Shown in pieces: positions 11,851-23,022 of a stretch of 63,021 bases of DNA. The position numbers and the translations under genes were made by a program. The notes beneath the pieces are model-generated. The model had not been told where the DNA came from. It saw nothing but the letters and a program-made list of their open reading frames with translations, and made no database searches. The stretch is from an uncultured Clostridium sp. (GTDB taxonomy: Bacteria > Bacillota > Clostridia > TANB77 > CAG-508). Numbering within the stretch: the stretch's first letter is position 1; every line of letters starts with the position of its first letter. Location of the stretch: the NCBI GenBank assembly GCA_946409935.1, contig CAMJYG010000003.1, forward strand, positions 1 to 63,021, in the 5' to 3' direction.

Positions 11851-12110
11851 TTACTAGTCAGCCTTAAAATACTGTTGTCCTGCTTAACGTAATTACTATA
11901 TAAATATTTTTTGAATAATCTCGGCTACCTTACATTTAACACTAAAAAAATCTAACCAATTTCGAAAGCACCCTCAAAGACAAGCTTTGAGATTCCCTTT
12001 CGAAATTATTAAGATTTTTTAAGTTATTCCAGTCGCATTCGATTAATTCTCAAAATATTTATATAGTAATCACTTGAGCAGACTTATAATTTGATATGGC
12101 TGACTAGTAA
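11851..12110. repeat. Family B ~260-bp rod-like palindromic element
   Basis: TTACTAGTCAGCC...GGCTGACTAGTAA termini; interior nearly identical to 43783-44047. Confidence 0.9.
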
Positions 12111-12126
12111 TGTTTGAAAAAGTAAA

Positions 12127-12837
12127 TTAAAAAACAAATTTGGCTATACCTAGTGTAATAAGTAAAAGCCCAGAAATAGTTGACCATATATTACTAGGAA
12201 GAGAACTTAATTTATGTAGTTTTCTTCCTAAAAAATTCCCAAAACTTAAAAATATTAATTGGAAAGATGCAATAAATAACGGAAAAAGTATTGAGCTAAT
12301 TCCAATAATACTTCCTCCTACTCCAATGCAAAAGCTATCTAATGAAAGTGCAAGGCCAAGAAAAAGAGCTTCCTTAGAGTCAATTGAATTAGAAGAATCT
12401 AAGTCTGAATATATTGGGTTTTTAATTATTTTTATTGTTATTCCTAAAAAGTCTATAAAGAAACTATATATTTTTTCATTATTAATTTCATTATCATTTG
12501 TGTTAAAAGAAGTTTTATTAAGTAAATTTTTTCTATTTTTAAAATAATTATCAGAAGTTTTATTTTCCTTTTTCAATGATTGAAAACAAATGAAAAATCC
12601 CATAAATATTAAAATACTTATGCCTATAGTATTAGCAAAAAAAGGAGAAAATATATCTTTTATGCTATTTCCAAACCATATTGATAAAATAGAAATTGAA
12701 AAAGATATAAAAAATAAAACTATTTTTCCTATATATGAAATTTTAGTATTTTTTATTCCATAAGTAACGCCAATTCCAAGTGAATCAATACTACTTGAAA
12801 TGGCTAAAAACAAAGTGTTAATTAACATAAAAAGCAC
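12127..12837 (-). CDS. ytaF: Sporulation membrane protein YtaF (MntP-like family)
   Basis: SSIDSLGIGVTYG and ALSLDSFCIG duplicated motifs, DLDSSNSIDSKEA linker. Confidence 0.85.
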   Translation of the reverse strand: MLFMLINTLFLAISSSIDSLGIGVTYGIKNTKISYIGKIVLFFISFSISILSIWFGNSIKDIFSPFFANTIGISILIFMGFFICFQSLKKENKTSDNYFKNRKNLLNKTSFNTNDNEINNEKIYSFFIDFLGITIKIIKNPIYSDLDSSNSIDSKEALFLGLALSLDSFCIGVGGSIIGISSILFPLFIASFQLIFLSFGNFLGRKLHKLSSLPSNIWSTISGLLLITLGIAKFVF

Positions 12838-12962
12838 CTCTTGATATATAATATGTCGAAAAAGTGCAAGGGTTACTGTTTAAAGCATTTTGTATAGATA
12901 ATCACTTGCACAGAATTCTAATTATATAAGGTTGACTAATACCAACAGTAACAGATAATAAC

Positions 12963-13120
12963 GTTACAATTCACAGCTTTAAAAATAGTTTGCCCTGCCT
13001 AGCGCAATTACTATATAATTTTTCAGGCACCTCCAAGCGATTCCCGCTCAGTTGCCTCCTAAAAAATTATATAGTAATTGCTGGCGCGGGCTTAAAGTTT
13101 TATCAACTGTGAATATTAAC
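12963..13120. repeat. Shorter family B-related palindromic element
   Basis: TTCACAG...CTGTGAA and GCAATTACTATATAATTTTT...AAAAATTATATAGTAATTGC arms, CCTGC and GCACC motifs. Confidence 0.75.
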
Positions 13121-13261
13121 ATAATTAACAAATTATGTTAAAAAAAATAAAACTACTTGAATTTTATGTAAATCTAATGTATACTATTAATATGAAAAAT
13201 TTAAATTGAGTAACTGAATACAAGATAAGTAAAAAAATAATGATAAAGGAGAAATGGAGTA

Positions 13262-13828
13262 ATGAGTATATTAGGGGAAAATTTTGGAACTAAATTAAGT
13301 GAAAAAGAAAAAAGAGAAATAAGTATTTTTTTTGAAACCCTAGAAGATGGAGGACTGTATTCAAAAATTTCAAAGAAACCGGAAGGCTATAAAAAATTAT
13401 CAGTTGAGGAGGTAAGAATTTTTGAATCTAAATTAAATGTGCTTTTAGAGAATTGGTTTAATAGATTTTTAAAATTTTTGGAGGTAGAGCCAGATTCAGA
13501 TATTCCGTCCTTGTTTGATTTGTTTGGTGATGAAGAGAAGGCTAAAAGGATAGAAAGGGTTGAAGAAAAAAGAAAAACTCTAAAAGGTGAAAAAACCAAT
13601 TCTGAAGCTGATGAAAGTTTACAAGCTTCAAAGGAAGGAAATGATTTAACACATTTAACAACAGATGAATTAGAGGCTATGTTAAAAAAGTTAAAGACTG
13701 AAAATGATAAAAACGAAGAAGAATTAAGTCATATTTTAATAGATAGAATAAAAAGAGAAATGGCAAGAGGAGAGAATATTAAAAAGAAAGCATCTCAGTA
13801 TAATGTAAGATTACAAGAAGAAATTTAA
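13262..13828 (+). CDS. Hypothetical protein
   Basis: 188-aa ORF with RBS. Confidence 0.7.
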   Translation: MSILGENFGTKLSEKEKREISIFFETLEDGGLYSKISKKPEGYKKLSVEEVRIFESKLNVLLENWFNRFLKFLEVEPDSDIPSLFDLFGDEEKAKRIERVEEKRKTLKGEKTNSEADESLQASKEGNDLTHLTTDELEAMLKKLKTENDKNEEELSHILIDRIKREMARGENIKKKASQYNVRLQEEI

Positions 13829-13848
13829 TATGGGGGATAAATTATTTT

Positions 13849-14154
13849 ATGGATAAAATACAGATTCAAGAGTATAAAACTAATTTCTTTACCAGGAAAA
13901 AAAGCACCAAGAACGAAGTGCTTGAAAATAGTACATATATAAAAAGAGATAATACAAGTGCTTATAAAAATAAATTAAAAGTAGACAGTAATATAGTTGA
14001 TGATTATTATAGAAAAAAGAAAATTATAAGAACTTTGAATAATAATCCACAATTATTAGAACAATTCTCAATAGATAGATTAGAGAAAATTTTAAAAATC
14101 TATATAGAGGATAATAATGAAAAAATGGAAAAATTAAAGAAATTAACTTCATAA
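13849..14154 (+). CDS. Hypothetical protein
   Basis: 101-aa ORF with GGGGG RBS, followed by a hairpin and T-run. Confidence 0.7.
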   Translation: MDKIQIQEYKTNFFTRKKSTKNEVLENSTYIKRDNTSAYKNKLKVDSNIVDDYYRKKKIIRTLNNNPQLLEQFSIDRLEKILKIYIEDNNEKMEKLKKLTS

Positions 14155-14299
14155 TAAAGAAATACTATTCATTTTATGGGTAGTATTTTTTTTTATAAAT
14201 ACAAAATTTTAATGCATAAAAAAGTACAAGCCACATATTATTAAACAGAAAAATTTCTGTGCCAATTTAAAAAGCACAAAAGCAAAGGAGAGATTAAAT

Positions 14300-16924
14300 A
14301 TGTGGGAAACATTTAGAAAAGAAGAGGTTTTAAGAAAACTTAAAACAGACAGAAAAAGGGGCTTAAGTTTAAACGAAATAAAAGAAAGGCAAATAAAATA
14401 TGGTAAAAACAAAATAAAAGACAAGCCAAAAGAATCATTTATTATAAAATTCATAAAACAGTTTAATGATTTTATGATTATAATTTTAATTATTGCATCT
14501 ATATTATCAGCAGCAATTTCGTTTTTTCAAGGAGAAAATGATTACATAGATTCAATTATAATAATTGCAATTGTAATTTTAAATGCATTGATGGGAGTTA
14601 TACAAGAATCTAAAGCTGAAAAATCTATAGAAGCACTTCAACAAATGACACCGCCTAAAGCAAAAGCAATAAGAGATGGAATTACGAATGAAATTAATGC
14701 TGAAGATTTAGTGCCCGGTGACATTGTTATATTAGAGGCGGGGAATTATGTACCAGCTGATGGAAGAATTATAGAAAGTTTTAATTTAAAAATTGAAGAA
14801 TCAAGTTTAACAGGTGAAACAGAACCTGTGTTAAAAGATGCAGAAAAAATATGCAAAAAAGACATTCCACTTGGTGATATGAATAACATGGCTTTTATGG
14901 CTAGTATTGTTGTAAATGGACATGGAAAAGCTATTGTAACAGAAACAGGGATGGATACAAAAGTTGGAAAAATAGCTAATATGATGATTGAAAATGAAGC
15001 ACCAGAAACTCCAATCCAGAAGAAATTAGGACAAGTGGGTAAAATATTAGGAATTGTTTGTTTAGCAATATGTTTAATAATATTTATGATAGGATTAATA
15101 AAAAATATAGACCCAATAGAAATGTTTATGACGTCTGTTGGATTGGCTGTTGCTGCAATACCAGAGGGGCTTCCTGCTATAGTTACAATTATGTTATCAA
15201 TTGGTGTAACCAAAATGGCAAAGAAAAATAGCATAATTAGAAAACTACCAGCAGTTGAAACTTTAGGAAGCAGCAGTGTTATATGTTCAGATAAAACAGG
15301 AACTTTAACACAAAATAAAATGAAGGTTGTAGAAATTAATTCAAATCAGCCAAGCTTTGCAATTGAGCTTGCAACAATGTGTACAGATTGTGATATTTTA
15401 AATGAAAATGGAAAGTTAGAAGTAAATGGGGAGCCAACAGAAGTTGCTTTAGTAAATAAGGCACTAGAGAATGGAAAAGATAAAAGAGATTTATATTATC
15501 AAATGCCAAGAATAAATGAAATACCATTTGATTCAAACAGAAAAATGATGACTACGATTCACAAAATAGGCAATAAATATAGAATAATTACAAAGGGAGC
15601 ACCAGATGTGCTTCTAGAAAAATGTAAAAAACAAATTTCTAATAATATGCAAAATGATATTATAGAAAGAAGCTATATACAAAGATTAAACTTGAAAATG
15701 GCTGAAAAAGCATTAAGAGTTATAGCTGTAGGATATAGAGATATTGATTTTTTACCAAGTAAAATAGATACAAATACAATTGAAAACGATTTAATTTTTG
15801 TAGGATTAATAGGTATGATTGATCCACCAAGAGAAGGTGTAAAAGAAGCTGTAAAAACATGCAAACACGCAGGAATAAAAACTGTAATGATAACAGGTGA
15901 CCATATTGCAACTGCAAAAGCAATTGCTAAAGAATTAAATATTTTAGGTCCAAGTGACAAAGCAATAACAGGAAAAGAGCTTGATGAAATTCCACAAAGT
16001 AAGTTAGAAAAAGAAATTAAAGATTATTCAGTATTTGCAAGAGTTACTCCAGAGCATAAAGTTAGAATAGTAAAAGCCTGGCAAAAAACAGGTGCTGTTG
16101 TTGCAATGACAGGTGATGGAGTAAACGACAGCCCTGCTCTAAAAAATGCAGATATAGGAATAGCAATGGGAAAAAATGGTACAGATGTTGCAAAAAATGC
16201 AGCAGATATGATTTTAACAGATGATAATTTTGTAACAATCGTAGAAGCTGTAAAACAAGGAAGAAACATTTATGATAATATAAGAAAAGCAATCCACTTT
16301 TTAATAGCAACAAATATAGGAGAAATAGTAACAATATTTATTGGATTGCTGTTGGGGATGAAATCTCCGTTACTTGCAATTCAACTGTTGTGGGTTAACT
16401 TAGTAACAGATTCACTTCCTGCAATAGCAATAGGTTTAGAACCACCAGAGCAAAATATTATGAACAGAAAACCAGTAGATAGCAAAAAAGGAATCTTTTC
16501 AGATGGATTATGGAATAAAATAATTATAGAAGGAATAATGATTGGAGCACTCACATTAGTAGCATTTAGTATGGGAAATAAATTTTATTCTGTAGAAGTT
16601 GGAAGGACCATGGCATTTGTAGCACTAGGAGTACTTGAACTTGTCCACAGTTTTAATATAAAAAGTGAACAATCTATATTTAAAATTGGTATCTTAGAAA
16701 ATAAGTTTTTAATAGGAAGTTTTGTTTTAGGTTTCTTTATACAAACAATAGTTGTTGTAATACCAGGTTTAGCAAATATATTTAAACTAGTTCCGTTAAA
16801 TCAAACGCAATGGCTAATAACTTTAGTAATTTCTTTTTTACCTATTCCTATTATGGAAGCTCAGAAAAAGTTAAATGAATTTAAATTTGGAAAAGTGATT
16901 TATACAAAGGAACAAAAAGTATAA
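14300..16924 (+). CDS. Calcium-translocating P-type ATPase (YloB-like)
   Basis: TGE, IPEGLP, DKTGTLT, KGAPD, GDGVNDSPALK. Confidence 0.95.
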   Translation: MWETFRKEEVLRKLKTDRKRGLSLNEIKERQIKYGKNKIKDKPKESFIIKFIKQFNDFMIIILIIASILSAAISFFQGENDYIDSIIIIAIVILNALMGVIQESKAEKSIEALQQMTPPKAKAIRDGITNEINAEDLVPGDIVILEAGNYVPADGRIIESFNLKIEESSLTGETEPVLKDAEKICKKDIPLGDMNNMAFMASIVVNGHGKAIVTETGMDTKVGKIANMMIENEAPETPIQKKLGQVGKILGIVCLAICLIIFMIGLIKNIDPIEMFMTSVGLAVAAIPEGLPAIVTIMLSIGVTKMAKKNSIIRKLPAVETLGSSSVICSDKTGTLTQNKMKVVEINSNQPSFAIELATMCTDCDILNENGKLEVNGEPTEVALVNKALENGKDKRDLYYQMPRINEIPFDSNRKMMTTIHKIGNKYRIITKGAPDVLLEKCKKQISNNMQNDIIERSYIQRLNLKMAEKALRVIAVGYRDIDFLPSKIDTNTIENDLIFVGLIGMIDPPREGVKEAVKTCKHAGIKTVMITGDHIATAKAIAKELNILGPSDKAITGKELDEIPQSKLEKEIKDYSVFARVTPEHKVRIVKAWQKTGAVVAMTGDGVNDSPALKNADIGIAMGKNGTDVAKNAADMILTDDNFVTIVEAVKQGRNIYDNIRKAIHFLIATNIGEIVTIFIGLLLGMKSPLLAIQLLWVNLVTDSLPAIAIGLEPPEQNIMNRKPVDSKKGIFSDGLWNKIIIEGIMIGALTLVAFSMGNKFYSVEVGRTMAFVALGVLELVHSFNIKSEQSIFKIGILENKFLIGSFVLGFFIQTIVVVIPGLANIFKLVPLNQTQWLITLVISFLPIPIMEAQKKLNEFKFGKVIYTKEQKV

Positions 16925-17210
16925 TTATAATTGGAATTAAACAGGGCAAGAGAGCAATGTTACTACTATGAAAATTAAAATGATAGAATTCACGGACAAT
17001 TATAATCTAATATATAAATACATAGCAGTGAATTATAATGCTAAAATAACTTGTTTTAAAAAAAATATTATACTTGAAATTATAATAATTTGTGGTATAA
17101 TAAATTAAAGAACATATTATACTATATATGTTGTTTACGCCAGATGCACTAAAAGTATTTTGAATTCTATGCGTGCTTTCGAGCGAAGCGAGAAAGGAAT
17201 GTAAATTTTT

Positions 17211-18605
17211 ATGCAAAAATTTGTTGATAGAAAAAATGAAATAGAGTTTTTAAACAAAGAATATAATAAAAAAGAAAGTTCACTAATAATTCTATATGGA
17301 AGGAGAAGAATTGGTAAAACTTCATTAATAAAGGAATTCGGAAAAGATAAGAACATGATATATTTTTTAGCTACTGAGGAATCAGAAGCACAAAATAGAG
17401 AAATGTTTAAAAACGTTATTGCAAGTAATCTCAATAATGAATTATTAAATTCAACAACAGTAGATAATTGGGAAATATTATTTAAAACTATTATAAGAGA
17501 AAATAGTAAAGATAAAAAAATAATAGTTTTGGACGAATTTCAATATTTAGGTAAGGTAAATTCATCATTTCCTTCAATATTTCAAAAAATATGGGATGAA
17601 TTATTAAAAGATAATAATGTAATGGTAATCTTATGTGGTTCTCTAATAAATATGATGGAAGCACAAACTTTAAATTATACAAGCCCATTATATGGGAGAA
17701 GGACTGGACAAATAAAGTTAAAACAAATTCCATTTGAAAATTATAGTGAATTTTTTGATAAAAAGCTAAATAAAAAAGAGCTAATTGAAAAATATGCTGT
17801 GACTGGAGGAATTCCAAAGTATATAGAGAGTTTTAAAGAAGATGATAATATATATAATGAGATAAAAAATCATGTTATAAATAAACAAAGCTTTCTTTAT
17901 GAAGAACCCAATTTTCTATTACAAAATGAAGTTTCAGAAGTTGGAAGTTATTTTTCAATTATAAAATCTATAGCAGCTGGCAACAGAAAACTTGGAAATA
18001 TTTCAAGTAATTTGTCTGTTAACCCTACAAATTTATCAAAATATTTGCAGACATTAATTAACCTAGACATATTAGAAAGAGAAGTGCCAATAACTGAAGC
18101 GAATATAGAAAAAAGCAAGAAAGGTCAATATAAAATAAAAGATAATTTTATAGCTTTTTGGTTCCAATTTATATATCCTAATAAAGCTCTTTTGGAAATG
18201 GATAAAAATGATATAGTTTTGAAAAAAATAAAGTCAAATTTTATAGATAATCATGTTTCCTTCATATATGAAGATATATGCAGACAAAAGATGTGGAGTT
18301 TAGTTGCAGAAGGAAGATTAAAATTTCAATATAATAAAATTGGAAGATGGTGGAATAATACTGCTGAGATTGACATTGTGGGAGTAAATGAAGAAGAAAA
18401 TAGTATAATATTTGGAGAATGTAAATATTATACAGATAGCAAAAAGATGGAAGCAAAGATATTTTATAATTTAAAAGAAAAAGCCAAAATGGTAGATTGG
18501 AAAAATGATAATAGAAAAGAAATGTTTATATTGTTTTCTGCAAGCGGATATAGTGAAGAATTAAAAAGAATAGAAAAAGAAGATGAAAAGTTAATATTAG
18601 CATAA
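17211..18605 (+). CDS. Archaeal-type ATPase (ATPase_2) with wHTH and DUF234 nuclease-like C-terminus
   Basis: FVDRKNEI, YGRRRIGKT, LDEFQYL, SPLYGRRT, GRWW...EIDIV...GECKY. Confidence 0.9.
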   Translation: MQKFVDRKNEIEFLNKEYNKKESSLIILYGRRRIGKTSLIKEFGKDKNMIYFLATEESEAQNREMFKNVIASNLNNELLNSTTVDNWEILFKTIIRENSKDKKIIVLDEFQYLGKVNSSFPSIFQKIWDELLKDNNVMVILCGSLINMMEAQTLNYTSPLYGRRTGQIKLKQIPFENYSEFFDKKLNKKELIEKYAVTGGIPKYIESFKEDDNIYNEIKNHVINKQSFLYEEPNFLLQNEVSEVGSYFSIIKSIAAGNRKLGNISSNLSVNPTNLSKYLQTLINLDILEREVPITEANIEKSKKGQYKIKDNFIAFWFQFIYPNKALLEMDKNDIVLKKIKSNFIDNHVSFIYEDICRQKMWSLVAEGRLKFQYNKIGRWWNNTAEIDIVGVNEEENSIIFGECKYYTDSKKMEAKIFYNLKEKAKMVDWKNDNRKEMFILFSASGYSEELKRIEKEDEKLILA

Positions 18606-18770
18606 AATTGCTGTAATAGCTAGTGTTACAATTCAGTCAATGCTGTCAACCTAGTTTAATTCTCAACTCATTATAAATAAAAAAATTCAAAAATGCTTTT
18701 TTTTTATTTATAATGAGCTAAAAATAAGCAATAACACCAAATTAGGTTGACAACATTGACATAGAGCCAT

Positions 18771-18803
18771 AAAAAAGACCAAGAGAAAATTCTTGGTCTT
18801 TTT
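18771..18803. terminator. Bidirectional intrinsic terminator
   Basis: AAAAAGACCAAGA...TCTTGGTCTTTTT between convergent genes. Confidence 0.85.
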
Positions 18804-18806
18804 ATA

Positions 18807-19001
18807 TTATGAACTTTTTTTGATAAAGCGTAAGATTTCGTCATCTGGGAGGTTTAATGATTTTACTATTTTTTTAAAAGTAGATATTCTTGTATTGTTT
18901 TCGTTATGTTCAAGCCTTTGCAAATGCCTACTACTAATTCCAATTTCTTCAGCAAGTTCTTCTTGAGATAATTTATTTTTTAAACGATATTCTTTTATCA
19001 T
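18807..19001 (-). CDS. Small XRE-family HTH regulator
   Basis: IKEYRLKNKLSQEELAEEIGISSRHLQRLE; AAGGGA RBS upstream on - strand. Confidence 0.88.
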   Translation of the reverse strand: MIKEYRLKNKLSQEELAEEIGISSRHLQRLEHNENNTRISTFKKIVKSLNLPDDEILRFIKKSS

Positions 19002-19081
19002 TTTTAGATTAGTTTCCCTTCTATTTTATGTAGTTTTGAATTATACAAAAATATTTTATTATACTACAGTCAAAAAATGAA

Positions 19082-19156
19082 CGACATTTTTGTCGAAATA
19101 CTATTGACTAAAAGGATACGAAGGTATATAATGCTTACAATACGACAAAAATGTCA
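19082..19156 (+). promoter_or_regulatory. Sigma-A promoter flanked by two CGACA-N4-TGTCR palindromes
   Basis: TTGACT (19104)-17bp-TATAAT (19127); palindromes at 19082-19095 and 19143-19156. Confidence 0.7.
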
Positions 19157-19214
19157 AGTATATATTCTAGAAAAAAATGGAATAATAACAAAAGAAAGAG
19201 GGGAGAAAAACTAA

Positions 19215-20886
19215 ATGAAATTAAGATTAAAAACAAATGAACAAAAAAATGACAAGAAAAAGAATCCAAAAAGACAAGCAAGTGGTATTACTTTAATAGC
19301 TTTAATTGTAACGATAATCGTGCTATTAATTTTAGCAGGGGTAACAATTGCTACATTGACAGGTGAAAACCGGAATATTAAGCCAAGCACAAAATGCGAA
19401 AAAGGCTAATGAAAATGCTACAGTGGAAGAAAATATAAAATTAGCATTCCAAGGTGCACAAATAGGAAAATATACTGGAACAAGTACAGAAGAACAGTTT
19501 AAAGCAGATGTATTAGCAGAATTAGAAAGTTTTTATGGAAGCGGAAATGTAGTAGTAGGAGATCGAGACAATGAAGGAAAATATGAAGTAATTGTACTTG
19601 GGAAGAAATATGAAATAGATGCAAATGGAAATGTTTCTAAGAAAAGTGGAATATCAATAGCAGAACAAAATATTATGTTAAACAAAGGCCAAAGCCAAAG
19701 TTTACATGTGAATTATTCTGAAGGATTATCAGGAGATATAGAATGGAGTTCATCAAATACTAATAAAGTAAAGGTAGAAAATGGAGAAATAACAGTAATA
19801 GAGGATGGAGCTAGTCCAGTAACAATAACAGCGGTATTAAAAAATACAGAACATACAGCAACAACAGAAGTAAAAATAGTACAAGAAATAACAGAAATAT
19901 CATCAGATGATGTAACTGTCTCAAAAGGGGATACTACTCAAATAATAGTAAAAACCAAACCTAGCGAAGGAATTGTTCAAGATATTGAATATGAATTTAC
20001 ATCTGAAGATGAGGGAATTGCTACAGTTGATAAAAATAGTGGAATAGTTACTGGAGTGTCAAGTGGTAACGTAAAAATAAACATAAAAGGAATAATTGAG
20101 GGAAGAGATGAAGTGTTAAATGCTGAGTGCAATGTAAATGTTCCAAGTGTAATTACATCTGTAACTGAATTACGAGAAGGTGATGAGGTATTATATATAG
20201 ATCAAAATGAAAATGAAATACCTTGTAAAGTTTTATATGATTCTACAGGAGAATATGGAATACAAATAATAAGTAAAAATACAGTGGGAGATTCTATAGA
20301 GCTCGGAAATGGCACGGGAAGTGAAGAGTCGTCATTGGACTCGACGAATTTTTCTGTTGCACAGCAGTCATATAATACAGCAATTGCAAAATTAAATAAT
20401 ATAGCAAGAATATATTTGAATAACGATTTAGCTACAAGTGCCAGATGCGCAGGAAGCAATCCAAGTGAAATACCGATAACGACAGAATATGATAATGGAA
20501 CATATGTAAATGATAAGTGGTACAGCAAATATGATAAATATAATAATAAGTTCAAAGTTTCAGATGGTAGTGTAATTGCTTCTAATAATGAGGATTATGT
20601 GCAAATGCAAAAAATTAGCTGTTCTTCTGGTAATTATTGGTTGGCGTCGAGGGGCGTTAATGAGAAATCTGGGAATAAGGGTCAAGTGACTTTTAGTGTG
20701 AGATGGATTAAGGGCGGAGTAGCTGGAGGCGCTGGTATAGTTGGATTAGAAGATACTGACAGTAGTTATATATTAAAGTTGAGAGAATGGTCAAGGAGTT
20801 ATTCGTGTGGAGTTAGACCAGTGTTTATTTTAAAAGATAGTATTTTTTATATAGAAGAAAATGGTGTGAGAACTTTAGTAAAATAG
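19215..20886 (+). CDS. Type IV pilin-like surface protein with Ig-like (Big_2) domains, ~556 aa, joined by +1 shift at CGG 19371
   Basis: Class III-like signal QASG|ITLIALIVTIIVLLILAGV; skipping C gives TGENGILSQAQ; Big_2 motifs WSSSNTNKVKV and SEDEGIATVD. Confidence 0.85.
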
Positions 20887-20978
20887 TTTATCATCTTAAC
20901 TTATATACTGATGGTGTAGAATATGGTGTGTGAAATAAAAAAAATAGCACATCATATTTTTTGTGCAGAAGGAAAGTG

Positions 20979-21007
20979 AAAAGCAAGAGGTAGAACTCTT
21001 GCTTTTT
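20979..21007 (+). terminator. Intrinsic terminator
   Basis: AAAAGCAAGAG...CTCTTGCTTTTT. Confidence 0.8.
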
Positions 21008-21126
21008 GCGTATTGGTATAGTACAATGTATAAAAACAAACGGTAGGGAAATGTTATAAAATTTATTGTGATTTTTTGGTATTCGAGTTAAAATATAGAT
21101 GGAGAATAAGAGAGAGGAGAAATCTT

Positions 21127-22833
21127 ATGAAGAAATTACCAAAAGGAATTAGTAATTACGAAGAATTAATATATGATGGATACTATTATGTAGATAAAAC
21201 AGAATACATAGAAAAATTAGAAAATTTATTTGATAAAAGAATAATGTTTTTAAGACCAAGAAAATTTGGAAAAACACTATTTACAAGCACATTAGAAAAT
21301 TACTATGATATAGCCAAAAAAGAAAAATTTGAAATATTATTTAAAGATACATATATAGGAAAAAATCCAACAAACCTAAAAAATAGTTATCATATATTAA
21401 GATTTAACTTTTCGGGAATAGACACAACAAATGTAGAAGCAACAATAAAGGGATTTAAAAATGAAATTGCATCATCTATTAAGTTTTTTGTAGAAAAATA
21501 TTGCATGGATTTTTATACAAATTTTGATGATGAAGCAGAAAATATCTTAAGTAATTTTTTAAAGGCTTTTAATATACAAAAAGCTGAAGAAAAGATATAT
21601 GTTATAATAGATGAATATGACCACTTCGCTAATGAATTACTTGGATTTAGGACAGATGATTTCAAAGATGTAGTATCAGGAAATGGCAAAGTTAGAAAAT
21701 GGTATGAAATACTAAAAAAAGGAACAGAGACTGTTGTTGAGAGAATATTTATAACAGGTGTTGCTCCAATAACATTAGATAGTACAACAAGTGGATTTAA
21801 TATAGCAAATGATATAACAAAGAATCAAAAATTTAATAATATGCTAGGATTTAGCCAGGATGATGTTATAGCAATTATGAATGAAATGCAAATAGATAAA
21901 ACAAAGCAACAAGAATTAATGCCTATAATAAAGCAAAATTATGATGGATATATTTTTTCAAATTTGTTAGAAGGGAATTTAGAAAACTATAGAATATATA
22001 ATTCTAATATGACCTTATATTTTCTAACTGAATATATTGAACAGGGCAAAATTCCAACAAACCTAATAGATACCAATATAATAAGCGACTATAAAAAAAT
22101 AGAAGGATTCATGAATTTATGTAAAAAAGATGATAGAATAAAACTATTAGAAAAAATTGTAGAAGGTGAACCAGTTACAAGTGAGTTAACTGAGAAATTT
22201 AATAGTGAGATTAGTTTTTCAGAAAAAGAATTAATATCATTATTATTTTATTTGGGATATTTAACAATATATAGCAAAGGATATAGTAAATGTTGTTTTA
22301 AAGCCCCAAACGATGTAATAAAGAAAATTTATACTGATTATTATTTAGCATATTTAAGTAAACAAGCAAAAATTGAAGTAGATTCATTAGATACAGAAGG
22401 TATGAATTATGAAATACTAGAACACGGTAAAATAGATAAGATAATGGAAACACTTGAAGAATATTTAACAAATTTATCAAATAGAGATTATTCAAAATTT
22501 AATGAAAAATATGTTAAAATAATATTCTATTCAATAAGTAGAATGTTAGGAACAATGGTAGTAAAATCTGAGTTAGAAGTAGGCGGAAATTATACAGATA
22601 TTCTCTTAATTCCAAGAGAAAAAATAAATGAAAGATATGGAATATTAATAGAATTTAAATATATAAAAAAGGAAGACTATGAAAAAGACAACAGTCTACT
22701 AGAAAAGAGGAAAAAAGAAGCAAGACTTCAATTAGAAAAATATAAAAATACTGAAGAAATAAAATTAATTCCAAAGTTAAAGGCTTATACGGTTGTTGCA
22801 ATAAAAGATAAATTAGTAATAGAAGAATTTTAG
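21127..22833 (+). CDS. AAA-ATPase-like protein with C-terminal PD-(D/E)XK nuclease domain
   Basis: LPKGISNY, YYVDKT, RPRKFGKTL, IDEYD, DILL...IEFKY; start placed after the GAGGAG RBS. Confidence 0.9.
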   Translation: MKKLPKGISNYEELIYDGYYYVDKTEYIEKLENLFDKRIMFLRPRKFGKTLFTSTLENYYDIAKKEKFEILFKDTYIGKNPTNLKNSYHILRFNFSGIDTTNVEATIKGFKNEIASSIKFFVEKYCMDFYTNFDDEAENILSNFLKAFNIQKAEEKIYVIIDEYDHFANELLGFRTDDFKDVVSGNGKVRKWYEILKKGTETVVERIFITGVAPITLDSTTSGFNIANDITKNQKFNNMLGFSQDDVIAIMNEMQIDKTKQQELMPIIKQNYDGYIFSNLLEGNLENYRIYNSNMTLYFLTEYIEQGKIPTNLIDTNIISDYKKIEGFMNLCKKDDRIKLLEKIVEGEPVTSELTEKFNSEISFSEKELISLLFYLGYLTIYSKGYSKCCFKAPNDVIKKIYTDYYLAYLSKQAKIEVDSLDTEGMNYEILEHGKIDKIMETLEEYLTNLSNRDYSKFNEKYVKIIFYSISRMLGTMVVKSELEVGGNYTDILLIPREKINERYGILIEFKYIKKEDYEKDNSLLEKRKKEARLQLEKYKNTEEIKLIPKLKAYTVVAIKDKLVIEEF

Positions 22834-23022
22834 AGTTGCAATTTATAACTAATAACGGTTAATTAGACAATGAAATTCTAAGACAGCATTGACTGATTAG
22901 TATCATCTCATGAGATATACAAAGAAAAATAAAACTAAAAGTAGCACAAGAAGTAACAAAATGAACAAAAAGTTTTAATTATATCTATTTTGTTTTATAA
23001 TTATCACCGGAGGTAGACGAAA

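Noticed and set aside
14212-14241. Sigma-E-like promoters before the Ca-ATPase, ytaF and cwlD
   Set aside because: Plausible (ATA...CATATTAT) but too degenerate in AT-rich DNA to list as features.
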